Origin: an uncultured virus (IMG/VR IMGVR_UViG_3300008003_000324)
Lineage: Duplodnaviria > Heunggongvirae > Uroviricota > Caudoviricetes
Strand: one strand, 5' to 3'
Length of the DNA: 58,642 nucleotides
Virus record (IMG/VR): IMGVR_UViG_3300008003_000324
Of the stretch, positions 28,197 through 36,742 are shown piece after piece (position 1 is the stretch's first letter; each line of letters starts with the position of its first letter). Below the pieces are notes generated by a model. The model ran no database searches. It was not told the origin of the DNA and saw only the letters and a list, made by a program, of their open reading frames with translations. The position numbers and the translations under genes were made by a program.

Positions 28197-28742
28197 GTGA
28201 TTAGTGATTTTGACCAAACAAGTGGAGATCTTACGGAAAAAGAAGATGCTCCTACCATCAAAAAGGTGAAAGAGAAACGGGGGCACGCCTTAGAAAAATT
28301 CTTTAACGTCCCAGAAGAGAGTACGGAGATGGAACGAGTCCTTGTCTCTTACCCCCTTAAGAAATCTGGGGATTATGACGATAAAGACTCCGAGATAGAG
28401 AAAGAATTTCATGATGTTTTCAGAAGAGCCATGGAAGGATACGAATCTTTATCTGATATATTAGACAAGGTGGAACCTAAGTACAGAGCAAGAATTGCTG
28501 AAGTCGCAGCAACATACCTCAACACTGCTTTGAATGCTTCTACAAAGAGGGCCGGACAAAAAGAATCAATTCATAAAATAAAACAGAAACAACAAGAAAT
28601 AGACAAGAAAGCATCGGGATCTAGAACTACAAACAATATTGTCTTTAACGGTGATCGAAACGAGTTTTTGAAATTTCTTCGTGGCGACAAAGAAGAAAGA
28701 GAACCCATCGACATAACACCAGACCCAGACAGTAACGATTGA
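28197..28742 (+). CDS. gp16: terminase small subunit (gp16-like)
   Basis: RARIAEVAATYL...TTNNIVFNGDRNEFLK; late-type promoter at 28162; upstream of terL. Confidence 0.7.
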   Translation: MISDFDQTSGDLTEKEDAPTIKKVKEKRGHALEKFFNVPEESTEMERVLVSYPLKKSGDYDDKDSEIEKEFHDVFRRAMEGYESLSDILDKVEPKYRARIAEVAATYLNTALNASTKRAGQKESIHKIKQKQQEIDKKASGSRTTNNIVFNGDRNEFLKFLRGDKEEREPIDITPDPDSND

Positions 28743-28795
28743 TTTTATAAACTCAAGACTTTAGTATATTCCAGATTATAGGAGAACGTAGTACC

Positions 28796-30502
28796 ATGAG
28801 CAAAAGATTTGAAAATACGGAAGACTTTATTGCAAAGTATAAAGTAGCACACACCAACAAATTGAAGTTAGAAGAATTTGCTTGGTTAATGGGAATAAAA
28901 CCAAAAAGTGTCGCAAGACGAAAGCTTTCAGTAAAGCATCATTCTGGTTTCGAACTACCAGAACTTTCTCGCTATGAGCCCAATGTTAAAAAGTCTCATG
29001 CAATGAGACCGAGTGATGAAGACATCAACAATTATGAAGTAGGTTTGGCCAAAATACAAAAAACCCAAGGCAAATTTGTCATGGAAGTTCACGAAAATGT
29101 GAATAAGAAAAAGAAAGCTACTTACATAGTCACTTCGGCCCAGAACGCAACACCGGTTCATGAAAATTTTCTTAAGTGTCTCGAAAATTACGCACAAATT
29201 AACGATGCACAAATTATGGTCATCCCGTATCGATATAGAAATCCTACATCGATATGGAATTTCAACAACACCGACCATGAATGGTGGGATTCGAAGCTAA
29301 AAAACTACACACTTGAAAATCATATAAAGCTAAATGATCATCTTCGTGTTATGGCACAGATTTCAATTCAGCCCACGGCAACCAGACCGTTGTCCGGATT
29401 CGATCATGTGACCGGTCAGGATTCTGCCATATTCGGACACCCCTCTATCGAACAAAAAACGATTCCGACTCCAGCACAGAAGCTTCCTAAGATATTGACA
29501 AGCACTGGTGCTGTTACCACACCAAACTATACAGACTCCAAAGCAGGGCACAAAGGGGAGTTTAATCACTGTTTAGCTGCGGTAGTAGTAGAAATAGAGG
29601 GCGATCGTTTTTACATTCGGCATGTCCACGGTGACCGGCATACCGGAGCGTTCTATGACAAGGATACCCTTTACACTATCGAAGGCGCTGAGAACGGCCA
29701 CAGGGTCGCTGCTCTGGTGACCGGTGATATCCATGCAGAGTTTCATGATCCTTCTGTGGAAGCCGCCACATATACAGACAAAAACTCGATTATGAACGTT
29801 TTAAATCCCGAAGTGTGGGTTCTTCATGATCTTGAGGATTTTTATCGCAGAAATCACCACCACCGAGGCAACGACATCATTGCTTTTGGGAAACATCATT
29901 ATGGAAGGAACAATGTAGAAGACGGTTTGCAGATTTCCGCAGATTTTGTTGATCGACATTCCAGAAAAAATATGGTTAATTTGATAGTAAAATCCAATCA
30001 TGATGAAGCGCTTGATAGATGGCTGGGGGAAGCTGATCCTAAATCCGATCCGGAGAATGCCGTTCTGTATCACTACCTAAAGTATCACCAGTACAAGAGT
30101 GTACGGATGAGCCGAACCGGTTTTAAAAGTTTTGATCCTTTCAAGTTTTGGTGCGAAAACCCGGAGTCCCGTCCCGGTTTGCGAAATATAGAAAATACAC
30201 ATTTCTTGGAACGCGATGAGTCTTTCGTTATTGCTGGGATCGAGATCGGGTTCCATGGGGACAAGGGTCCCAATGGTGCAAGAGGTAGTATTAATAACTT
30301 TTCCAAAATCGGGCCAAAGACGATCATAGGTCACAGTCACTCTCCGGGAATTTTTCATGGGACATATCAGGTTGGGGTCAGTGCTTATACAGACCTAGAA
30401 TATGCTTCCGGTCCAAGCAGTTGGATGCAAACCCACTGTGTAGTTTATCCAGACGGTTCAAGAACTCTAATTCATATTGTAAAGGGTAAGTGGACGTTCT
30501 AA
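28796..30502 (+). CDS. metallophosphoesterase-fold nuclease, T5 A1-like
   Basis: TSAQNATPVH, GDIH, HD, SNHD, HGDKGPNGARGS, GHSHSP, GPSSW. Confidence 0.75.
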   Translation: MSKRFENTEDFIAKYKVAHTNKLKLEEFAWLMGIKPKSVARRKLSVKHHSGFELPELSRYEPNVKKSHAMRPSDEDINNYEVGLAKIQKTQGKFVMEVHENVNKKKKATYIVTSAQNATPVHENFLKCLENYAQINDAQIMVIPYRYRNPTSIWNFNNTDHEWWDSKLKNYTLENHIKLNDHLRVMAQISIQPTATRPLSGFDHVTGQDSAIFGHPSIEQKTIPTPAQKLPKILTSTGAVTTPNYTDSKAGHKGEFNHCLAAVVVEIEGDRFYIRHVHGDRHTGAFYDKDTLYTIEGAENGHRVAALVTGDIHAEFHDPSVEAATYTDKNSIMNVLNPEVWVLHDLEDFYRRNHHHRGNDIIAFGKHHYGRNNVEDGLQISADFVDRHSRKNMVNLIVKSNHDEALDRWLGEADPKSDPENAVLYHYLKYHQYKSVRMSRTGFKSFDPFKFWCENPESRPGLRNIENTHFLERDESFVIAGIEIGFHGDKGPNGARGSINNFSKIGPKTIIGHSHSPGIFHGTYQVGVSAYTDLEYASGPSSWMQTHCVVYPDGSRTLIHIVKGKWTF

Positions 30503-31108
30503 TGGGTCACCCGGCTATAAAGAGGATAAGGGAGATTGTGGGGGGGGGGAGTCGAATGTGGAAGCGATGTTGCAGATTTCCTCCGCTCTTACATGAATAT
30601 AAATCCTTCACCTCTACAGATTAGGATATTGCATCATTTGTCGAAAAACAATATGAGTGGGGTTGCAGGGCCGAGGGCATCAGGCATTACTACCGCAGTA
30701 CTAGGACATTTGCTATATAATTTTGTCGATAAAAACCATCAAACAATTGTGCTAATGGCCAACAACATGCAATCGGCGAAACACAATTTAACAATTTTCA
30801 GAGATATGATGTTGTCGATTAACCATCAATATATTGATATCAATACGAACATCAAATGCACCAAATGGGGACTAAAACTAATTAACGGTTCTAGGGTAAT
30901 GGCTACAAACACGGTGCGTTCTTTCGAGGGAGCACACATTACACATTTGTTTGTAGACGACTTCTACAAGTATAATTATAGAGACGGTTCAGAACTTTTA
31001 GATTGTATATACCCTGTGATGGCACGTAACAATGGTCAAATTATTTTAGGGTCAACGGGTGGTACGGTTCCTGTGAGCAGTAATATATTCCCTACATTAC
31101 AAGTGTAA
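30502..31108 (+). pseudogene. degenerate terminase ATPase-domain paralog, frameshifted at a G10 tract
   Basis: ECGSDVADFLRSY, PRASGITT (Walker A-like), NGSRV, LFVDDF (Walker B), IILGST. The coupled ATG at 30502 is out of frame by one base across G10. Confidence 0.65.
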
Positions 31109-31163
31109 CCCGTTTTTTCATATTATACTATTTCTCGTAAATATCTTTAGAGATGATATAGAT

Positions 31164-31477
31164 GTGAAAACGGTGATAACCCTATAACTATATAAGTGTG
31201 CAGCCGACCCAAATTATTTCATCGAGCGTCTCGCAGCAGGAATCCCCTCACTTTAGGGAGGGGGGGGGGGGGGGGTGTCGAGACAAGTTGTTTGTCCCGT
31301 AACGAAGGGGATTTGTTTGAGGAAATGTGGAACAATGGGTTGAGTGAAGGTTCTCCAATGAATTCTATAAAGATCTCTTGGGACACCGTCCCATATAGAG
31401 ACGAAGAGTTTAAACGACGCACGATTGACGCTATAGGCTTAGACCAGTGGAATAAAGAGTATGAGTTTTGGGTGTAG
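31164..31477 (+). pseudogene. second terminase remnant with an internal deletion at a G16 tract
   Basis: LYKCAADPNYFI (compare LMKCARDPVYFI in terL), then G16, then LFEEMW...WDTVPYRDEEFK...WNKEYE (compare FAQMW...WNAPPGRDEDFK...WLQEYE). Confidence 0.7.
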
Positions 31478-31751
31478 AGCATGGCTATAAGAAACTGGTA
31501 ACTTTTGTGGATCGTAGATGGTCTACTGGAGATTTGTATACACAAATAGTTTCATTTTATCTAAGTCAATTGAACCGGATTATTATTTCTGCAAAAACGA
31601 CATACGCCTACACAAATTCAATCTGAGAAACTCCCCATCTGAAATAAACAAAGATTGTTCCATAAACGAGGCAGCAATGGCTTTGGGGTATTTAAAAATT
31701 TGGGATTGCGGTAAATTAAAATTCGAAAAAGTGTTGTTGCCAAGGTCATAG
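31465..31751 (+). pseudogene. frameshifted Hef-like homing endonuclease remnant
   Basis: KLVTFVDRRWSTGDLYTQI in one frame continues as FILSKSIEPDYYF...LGYLKIWDCGK in another; one missing G near 31549 would restore QIGF. Confidence 0.65.
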
Positions 31752-31797
31752 AATTTATATAGAACTAAATAATTGAGATGACTTGTCCCATTTGTTT

Positions 31798-34700
31798 ATG
31801 AGTAGAAGAAGTAACCCAAGACTTAAAAAAGCTTTCTCCGAGCAGTCCTATACAGTAGAACAAGCACAAGAGTTAATGAAATGTGCCAGAGACCCGGTTT
31901 ATTTCATTACAAACTATGTGTTTATCAAACACCCGGTTAGGGGACAGATCAAGTTCTCCATGTATGATTATCAACAAAATATGGTCAGACAATTTGAAAA
32001 GAATAGATACAATATTGTTCTAGCATCTAGACAGGTTGGTAAGACTGAAACATCTGCGGCATATCTACTCTGGTACGCCCTATTCAACGAAGAGAAGATG
32101 GTGTTGATTCTTTCCAATAAATCCGATGGCGCTAAAGAGATTATATCCAAGATTCAAAACGCTTATGAAGAATTGCCACATTGGCTGAAGCCGGGGATCG
32201 ATGATGATTCTTGGAATAAGCATGAATGTAGGTTTGACAACAAGTCTAGAATTCTTGCTGGTGCCACTTCTGCCGATTCTGCCCGTGGTCTTGCTATCAG
32301 TCTTTTGTATCTTGACGAGTTCGCATTTGTAAAGACACACTTACAGGAAGAGTTCTGGACTTCGGTTTTACCAACTCTATCTTGTTTGTCGGGTGATACT
32401 TTAATCTTTACACAAGACGGTTTGAAAGAAATAGAAGAATTCCACAAGGAAAAAAATGTGGGAGACTATTTTGAGATAAAAGGCTTGGCCACATGGGGGA
32501 TCGGTGGAAGAGAACGTGTTTCCCATGGTTATGTTAGTCCGGAATCTGAAACCCAAATCATTACAAATCTTTGGGGGATGGAGGTGGAAGCCACGCTCAA
32601 ACACCCGTTTTGGGTTGCTGGGCCGGATGGTCCATTCATGAAACCCAATCAAGAATTATCAGAAAAAGACTATATTCGTGTAGATTCTGGAATGAACATG
32701 TGGGGTAATAACACATTGAAACCAGAGCATGCATATATGCTAGGTGGTTATATTGCAGAGGGTTGGACGCAGAAGAAACACACAACAGGTAAAGCATACA
32801 GTATTCTGGTCTCGAATACAGATGACGAATTCAGAGATGTATATTTAAACTCTAATTTGATAAAGGAATTTACACAACATAGTCAAGAATCTCATAAGTT
32901 GGTTTGTAGTTCTCTAGAGTTGGTAGAAACTTTTGAGAGTTGGGGCGTTGACGTATACGCGAAATGTTACGAGAAAACCACCCCAAAGACTATTTTTACT
33001 AGTTCTAAAGATACCGTAACAAACTATTTAGCAGGACTTTTCGATGGAGACGGCTCCATTACAGATCGTTCTATAAACTTAACAAGCACCAGCAAGAAGT
33101 TGCTAAAAGAAACACAATTATTACTATTGAATATGGGAATCATCAGTAGAGTATATATTAATGATGGTACTAAAAAGAGGCCAAGAAGAATCGCCAAAAA
33201 CAACAGTGTTACTCAAACCTGTAGAGACTCGTATTCTCTCAATATACCGTTGTCGCAGTATGAGTTGTTTAAACAAAACATACCCATACGAATACAAAGA
33301 AAAATCGATAAACTAAATCACATCATTTCAAATAGAAAGCAAGATGACTACAAACAGTTCACAATCCCTTGTGATGTTATTACACCAACAATAAGAAAGA
33401 TTTTGAAAGAATGCAATCTTACGATAGGAAGAGCGAGAACCGAGTATAACATTCGCTTGGATAAAATACTGGACGGGAAATCTGGTAGAGTCTGTACCAA
33501 CCAAAAATTTAATCTATTTTCCGATATGGTGAAAAAAGAAAATAGTGTTGTTTGGGAAAAACATAAATCATTTTGGGATGGATATTTGGTGAAAACCTCA
33601 TGGGTGAAAATAAAAAAAATGACTCCGTCTTATCAGAAAAAGACCTATGATTTTACTGTTCCCGGATCACATTCATTTTTACAGTCCGGGTTCATGGGGT
33701 CAAATACAGGTGGTTCATGTATCATTTCAAGCACCCCAAATGGCAACAGCAATCGATTTGCACAAATGTGGAGAGAGGCAAACAATGATGGGGAATTTGT
33801 TCCTACACATGTTCCGTGGAACGCTCCTCCGGGTCGAGATGAAGATTTCAAAAAGCAACAGATTAGCATCCTTGGAAAAAGAAAATGGCTTCAAGAGTAT
33901 GAGTGTTGTCATGGAGATACATTAATTGAGCTTTCTAATTCAGATGGTACTAGGTTTGTCAAGGTGCCAATTTGCATGGCTTACGAGGCATTGGAACGGG
34001 ACGTTGATATATTTGACATGAATCCCGGAATTCTTACAGGAAAGTATGTAGTTTCCCCACTAGACGGGAAAAAATATTGTAGATGTAACGGCCAATTTTT
34101 TAAACATATAAAAAGCTACGGTTATTGTTCGTATCAAGATTTTTTTGAATCATTATTTCCGGCCCACATAAAGTATTGCGGTTGTGGTAATAGGGCCAGT
34201 TTCAAGAATGCATCAATGTCGTACTATAGTGGATGTGGCGAAATATTCTGTAGGAATAGAAATATATCATCTAGGAAGAAAAAGTTCACGAAAAAAGACT
34301 GGCAGGTTGTCGCAGACCGGTATAGAAAAACAATGTCTAAAAAAGAACCAGATGAAATAAGAGAGATTATAGAGCGAAGAACGAAAAATGGACACGCGAA
34401 TTGCAGCTACAAAAAATCGGTAACCAAGAGGCGAAAAACCTGTACTGAACGCCATGGTAGTTCCGTTTATAATAATCCTAGCAAAATATCTTATACCAAG
34501 AAAAATTGGACAAAAGAAAAAAAGGAAGAATTTTTGTCAAGACTCAAGGAGTCTCTCGGCGGGAGATGGTTGAATGACTATCATGACGAAAAAATGTATA
34601 AAAGACGGAGAAAAACTTTAGAAGAAAGTGGGAGTGTTGTCCCAATAGAAGCATTATCCGAGTGGGAGTTGTATCGAAATGAAGTTCGAAATCTCACAAA

Positions 34701-34926
34701 AAGGAATTACAGAAAATTCAAAAAGATTATTAATCCAAATAATTTGCCTAGAGGAAACGGAAGAGGCAAATATCATCTCGATCATATAATTCCCGTTTTA
34801 TACGGTTTTTTGAATGATGTCCCTGTAGAAGAAATGGCCGGTGTGGATAACTTACAAATGTTGTTGGATAAAGATAACAGGAAGAAATCGTATAAGTACG
34901 AGGGGGTATACGATGGTCAAGAATGA
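31798..34926 (+). CDS. gp17: terminase large subunit N-part (ATPase) with cis intein, split-intein N-half and HNH endonuclease
   Basis: SRQVGKT, LYLDEFAFV, SSTPNG, WLQEYE, then CCHGDT and a C-terminal HNH. Confidence 0.93.
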   Translation: MSRRSNPRLKKAFSEQSYTVEQAQELMKCARDPVYFITNYVFIKHPVRGQIKFSMYDYQQNMVRQFEKNRYNIVLASRQVGKTETSAAYLLWYALFNEEKMVLILSNKSDGAKEIISKIQNAYEELPHWLKPGIDDDSWNKHECRFDNKSRILAGATSADSARGLAISLLYLDEFAFVKTHLQEEFWTSVLPTLSCLSGDTLIFTQDGLKEIEEFHKEKNVGDYFEIKGLATWGIGGRERVSHGYVSPESETQIITNLWGMEVEATLKHPFWVAGPDGPFMKPNQELSEKDYIRVDSGMNMWGNNTLKPEHAYMLGGYIAEGWTQKKHTTGKAYSILVSNTDDEFRDVYLNSNLIKEFTQHSQESHKLVCSSLELVETFESWGVDVYAKCYEKTTPKTIFTSSKDTVTNYLAGLFDGDGSITDRSINLTSTSKKLLKETQLLLLNMGIISRVYINDGTKKRPRRIAKNNSVTQTCRDSYSLNIPLSQYELFKQNIPIRIQRKIDKLNHIISNRKQDDYKQFTIPCDVITPTIRKILKECNLTIGRARTEYNIRLDKILDGKSGRVCTNQKFNLFSDMVKKENSVVWEKHKSFWDGYLVKTSWVKIKKMTPSYQKKTYDFTVPGSHSFLQSGFMGSNTGGSCIISSTPNGNSNRFAQMWREANNDGEFVPTHVPWNAPPGRDEDFKKQQISILGKRKWLQEYECCHGDTLIELSNSDGTRFVKVPICMAYEALERDVDIFDMNPGILTGKYVVSPLDGKKYCRCNGQFFKHIKSYGYCSYQDFFESLFPAHIKYCGCGNRASFKNASMSYYSGCGEIFCRNRNISSRKKKFTKKDWQVVADRYRKTMSKKEPDEIREIIERRTKNGHANCSYKKSVTKRRKTCTERHGSSVYNNPSKISYTKKNWTKEKKEEFLSRLKESLGGRWLNDYHDEKMYKRRRKTLEESGSVVPIEALSEWELYRNEVRNLTKRNYRKFKKIINPNNLPRGNGRGKYHLDHIIPVLYGFLNDVPVEEMAGVDNLQMLLDKDNRKKSYKYEGVYDGQE
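32383..33705 (+). mobile_element. cis intein (441 aa) with LAGLIDADG endonuclease in terL
   Basis: PTLS|CLSGDT, block B ATLKHP, LGGYIAEG and LAGLFDGDG, TYDFTV...GSN|TGG. Confidence 0.92.
33904..34017 (+). mobile_element. split intein N-fragment (about 30-38 aa)
   Basis: QEYE|CCHGDTLIELSNSDGTRFVKVPICMAYEAL; block A only. Confidence 0.88.
34018..34926 (+). mobile_element. HNH homing endonuclease in frame with the intein N-fragment
   Basis: YHLDHIIPV...DNLQML..DNRKKS; Cys-rich and Lys-rich DNA-binding-type segments upstream. Confidence 0.85.
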
Positions 34927-36043
34927 TAAGGGATGGAAGATACTCGCGAAAAACGGATTCGAATCTTTTGCCGGTATAGCCAATCAGGGTAAGAAGGAAA
35001 TATTGGAAATTCGGTTTACAGACAAAACTTCGGTTAAGGTTTCGCTCGACCATGTACTGTTTAGCTTAGATTGTGAAGAAGTGTCGGCTAAAACTATAGT
35101 TTCAGGGGATAAAGTTCTTTCCACTGACCCAAAACACCCAAAAACTGTTCAGGATGTTTTCGAAATAGATGGTGCAGAAACTTTTGATATTATAGAAACT
35201 GAAAGCAATACATATTTTTCAAACGGAATATTGAGTCATAACTGCCACTTTCTTTCATCAGACGTAACGTTGATTGACAACTTTGCACTCACCCAAATAG
35301 AGAAAAAGCTCGACGATTTATACAAGTCCAATGGTGGTGAGCCTATTATTGAAATGACGGTGGCTGACGTAGATTTTTTCAAAAAGCCCAAGAAGTCTCT
35401 CGCTTATATTGTCAGTGTTGACGTAAGTACGGGGTCTGGTAAGGACTATTCTGTAATACAAATAACCGAGTTCCCTACAATGCAGCAAGTTGGTCAGTTT
35501 AGGTCTAATCAGACTTCGGAAAAGTTTTTGTATTCAAAGTTGAAGAATATACTATTGTTCTTGGAACAGAACAGTAAAGAGGTATATTTTTCCGTAGAAA
35601 ACAACGGTGTGGGGTCTAGCATTTTAGCGATGTATGAATTCGATGATAGGCCGCCGACTAAGTCATATTTGATATCAGATTCCATAGGGAACAGGTTGGG
35701 TATAACAATGTCAGAGCAGGTAAAAAGGCGCACTGCATTGAAACTAAAATCCATGGTGGAGACTGAAGCCTACAAAATTCTTTGTCCTGTTTTAATTAAC
35801 GAATTCAAAAATTACACAAGACAGGGCGCAACTTTCAAAGCTGAAGCAGGTGCGACGGATGACATCATTGCTTCTTTGTTGATCATGGTTCGAATTTTAG
35901 AAGAAATGGCAGATTTCAACCCATACGCATATGAGAAAGTTTATAACGCGAAGGGATATGATGATAAACAGGATGAATGGGAAGAAACTTTTGTAGAAAA
36001 CCCGAATAGTCTGGATGATGCACCAATGCCTATTGTATTTTGA
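34913..36043 (+). CDS. gp17: split intein C-fragment (110 aa, 34913-35242) plus terminase nuclease domain
   Basis: GAGGGGG RBS then ATG 34913; KILAKNGFESF, SLDH, TFDI, NGILSHN|CHFL; nuclease motifs VDVSTGSGKDYS, VENNGVG, ATDDII. Confidence 0.92.
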   Translation: MVKNDKGWKILAKNGFESFAGIANQGKKEILEIRFTDKTSVKVSLDHVLFSLDCEEVSAKTIVSGDKVLSTDPKHPKTVQDVFEIDGAETFDIIETESNTYFSNGILSHNCHFLSSDVTLIDNFALTQIEKKLDDLYKSNGGEPIIEMTVADVDFFKKPKKSLAYIVSVDVSTGSGKDYSVIQITEFPTMQQVGQFRSNQTSEKFLYSKLKNILLFLEQNSKEVYFSVENNGVGSSILAMYEFDDRPPTKSYLISDSIGNRLGITMSEQVKRRTALKLKSMVETEAYKILCPVLINEFKNYTRQGATFKAEAGATDDIIASLLIMVRILEEMADFNPYAYEKVYNAKGYDDKQDEWEETFVENPNSLDDAPMPIVF

Positions 36044-36071
36044 TAAATAGAAAAGACCCCAACCGAATATT

Positions 36072-36629
36072 ATGAAACTGAAATCCCTTTTCGAAAGAAC
36101 CATGAATTCTTTAGTCACTGTCACTCGTCAAAATTTTGGAGGTGGTAGGGATGATCGGTCGCACGTGGTCCAGATAAATAATGTTAGGTATATACCGTCT
36201 GTTCAACAGGGGTGGCTTGAGGTCCGATGCGATACTACAAGTACCAACAGTGGAAACACTTACGAAACAGTTATTCGGTTTGATGGTGTTAAGTATATCG
36301 GAAAAGAAGAATTTAATTCTTCGGTAAATGATCCTTCAATGCAGGTGGTTGATTTAACTGGAACGGATGGAAATTTGTATTATGCTAGATATGACAATGC
36401 CAGATCGTTGGATGTTCAAGTAAGGTGTACTTGCGAGGATTTTAGATGGAGGTTTGCTCCATACAACCATGGCGATGGTAGTTTGCATGGAAACCCACCA
36501 CCCGTGTACAGTAAGAAAACTAATAGACCTCCCGTTAATCCAACACGAAGTCCGGGCGTCTGTAAACATTTAAGAAAGCTAAAGACCGTATTAGAAAGAG
36601 AAGATTTTTTCAAATTGTTGTTGAATTAA
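36072..36629 (+). CDS. SWIM zinc-finger protein
   Basis: VRCTCEDF...GVCKHL (CxC...CxH); late-type promoter at 36042. Confidence 0.75.
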   Translation: MKLKSLFERTMNSLVTVTRQNFGGGRDDRSHVVQINNVRYIPSVQQGWLEVRCDTTSTNSGNTYETVIRFDGVKYIGKEEFNSSVNDPSMQVVDLTGTDGNLYYARYDNARSLDVQVRCTCEDFRWRFAPYNHGDGSLHGNPPPVYSKKTNRPPVNPTRSPGVCKHLRKLKTVLEREDFFKLLLN

Positions 36630-36742
36630 AAGTTTTAAGACTCTAAACTGCAACAATGAAAAAAGAGGCACATGGGGTGCCTACAAGAACGATCCAAAAG
36701 ATCAACAAGAAAGCAAAGCTAAGAACCTAAAGGAGAAAAAGC

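Noticed and set aside
34841..34926. terL break as a simple sequencing frameshift or programmed frameshift
   Set aside because: ORF2 has its own RBS and ATG exactly where known atypical IntC fragments begin, the HNH ends naturally, and no slippery heptamer was seen. Read-level confirmation is still needed.
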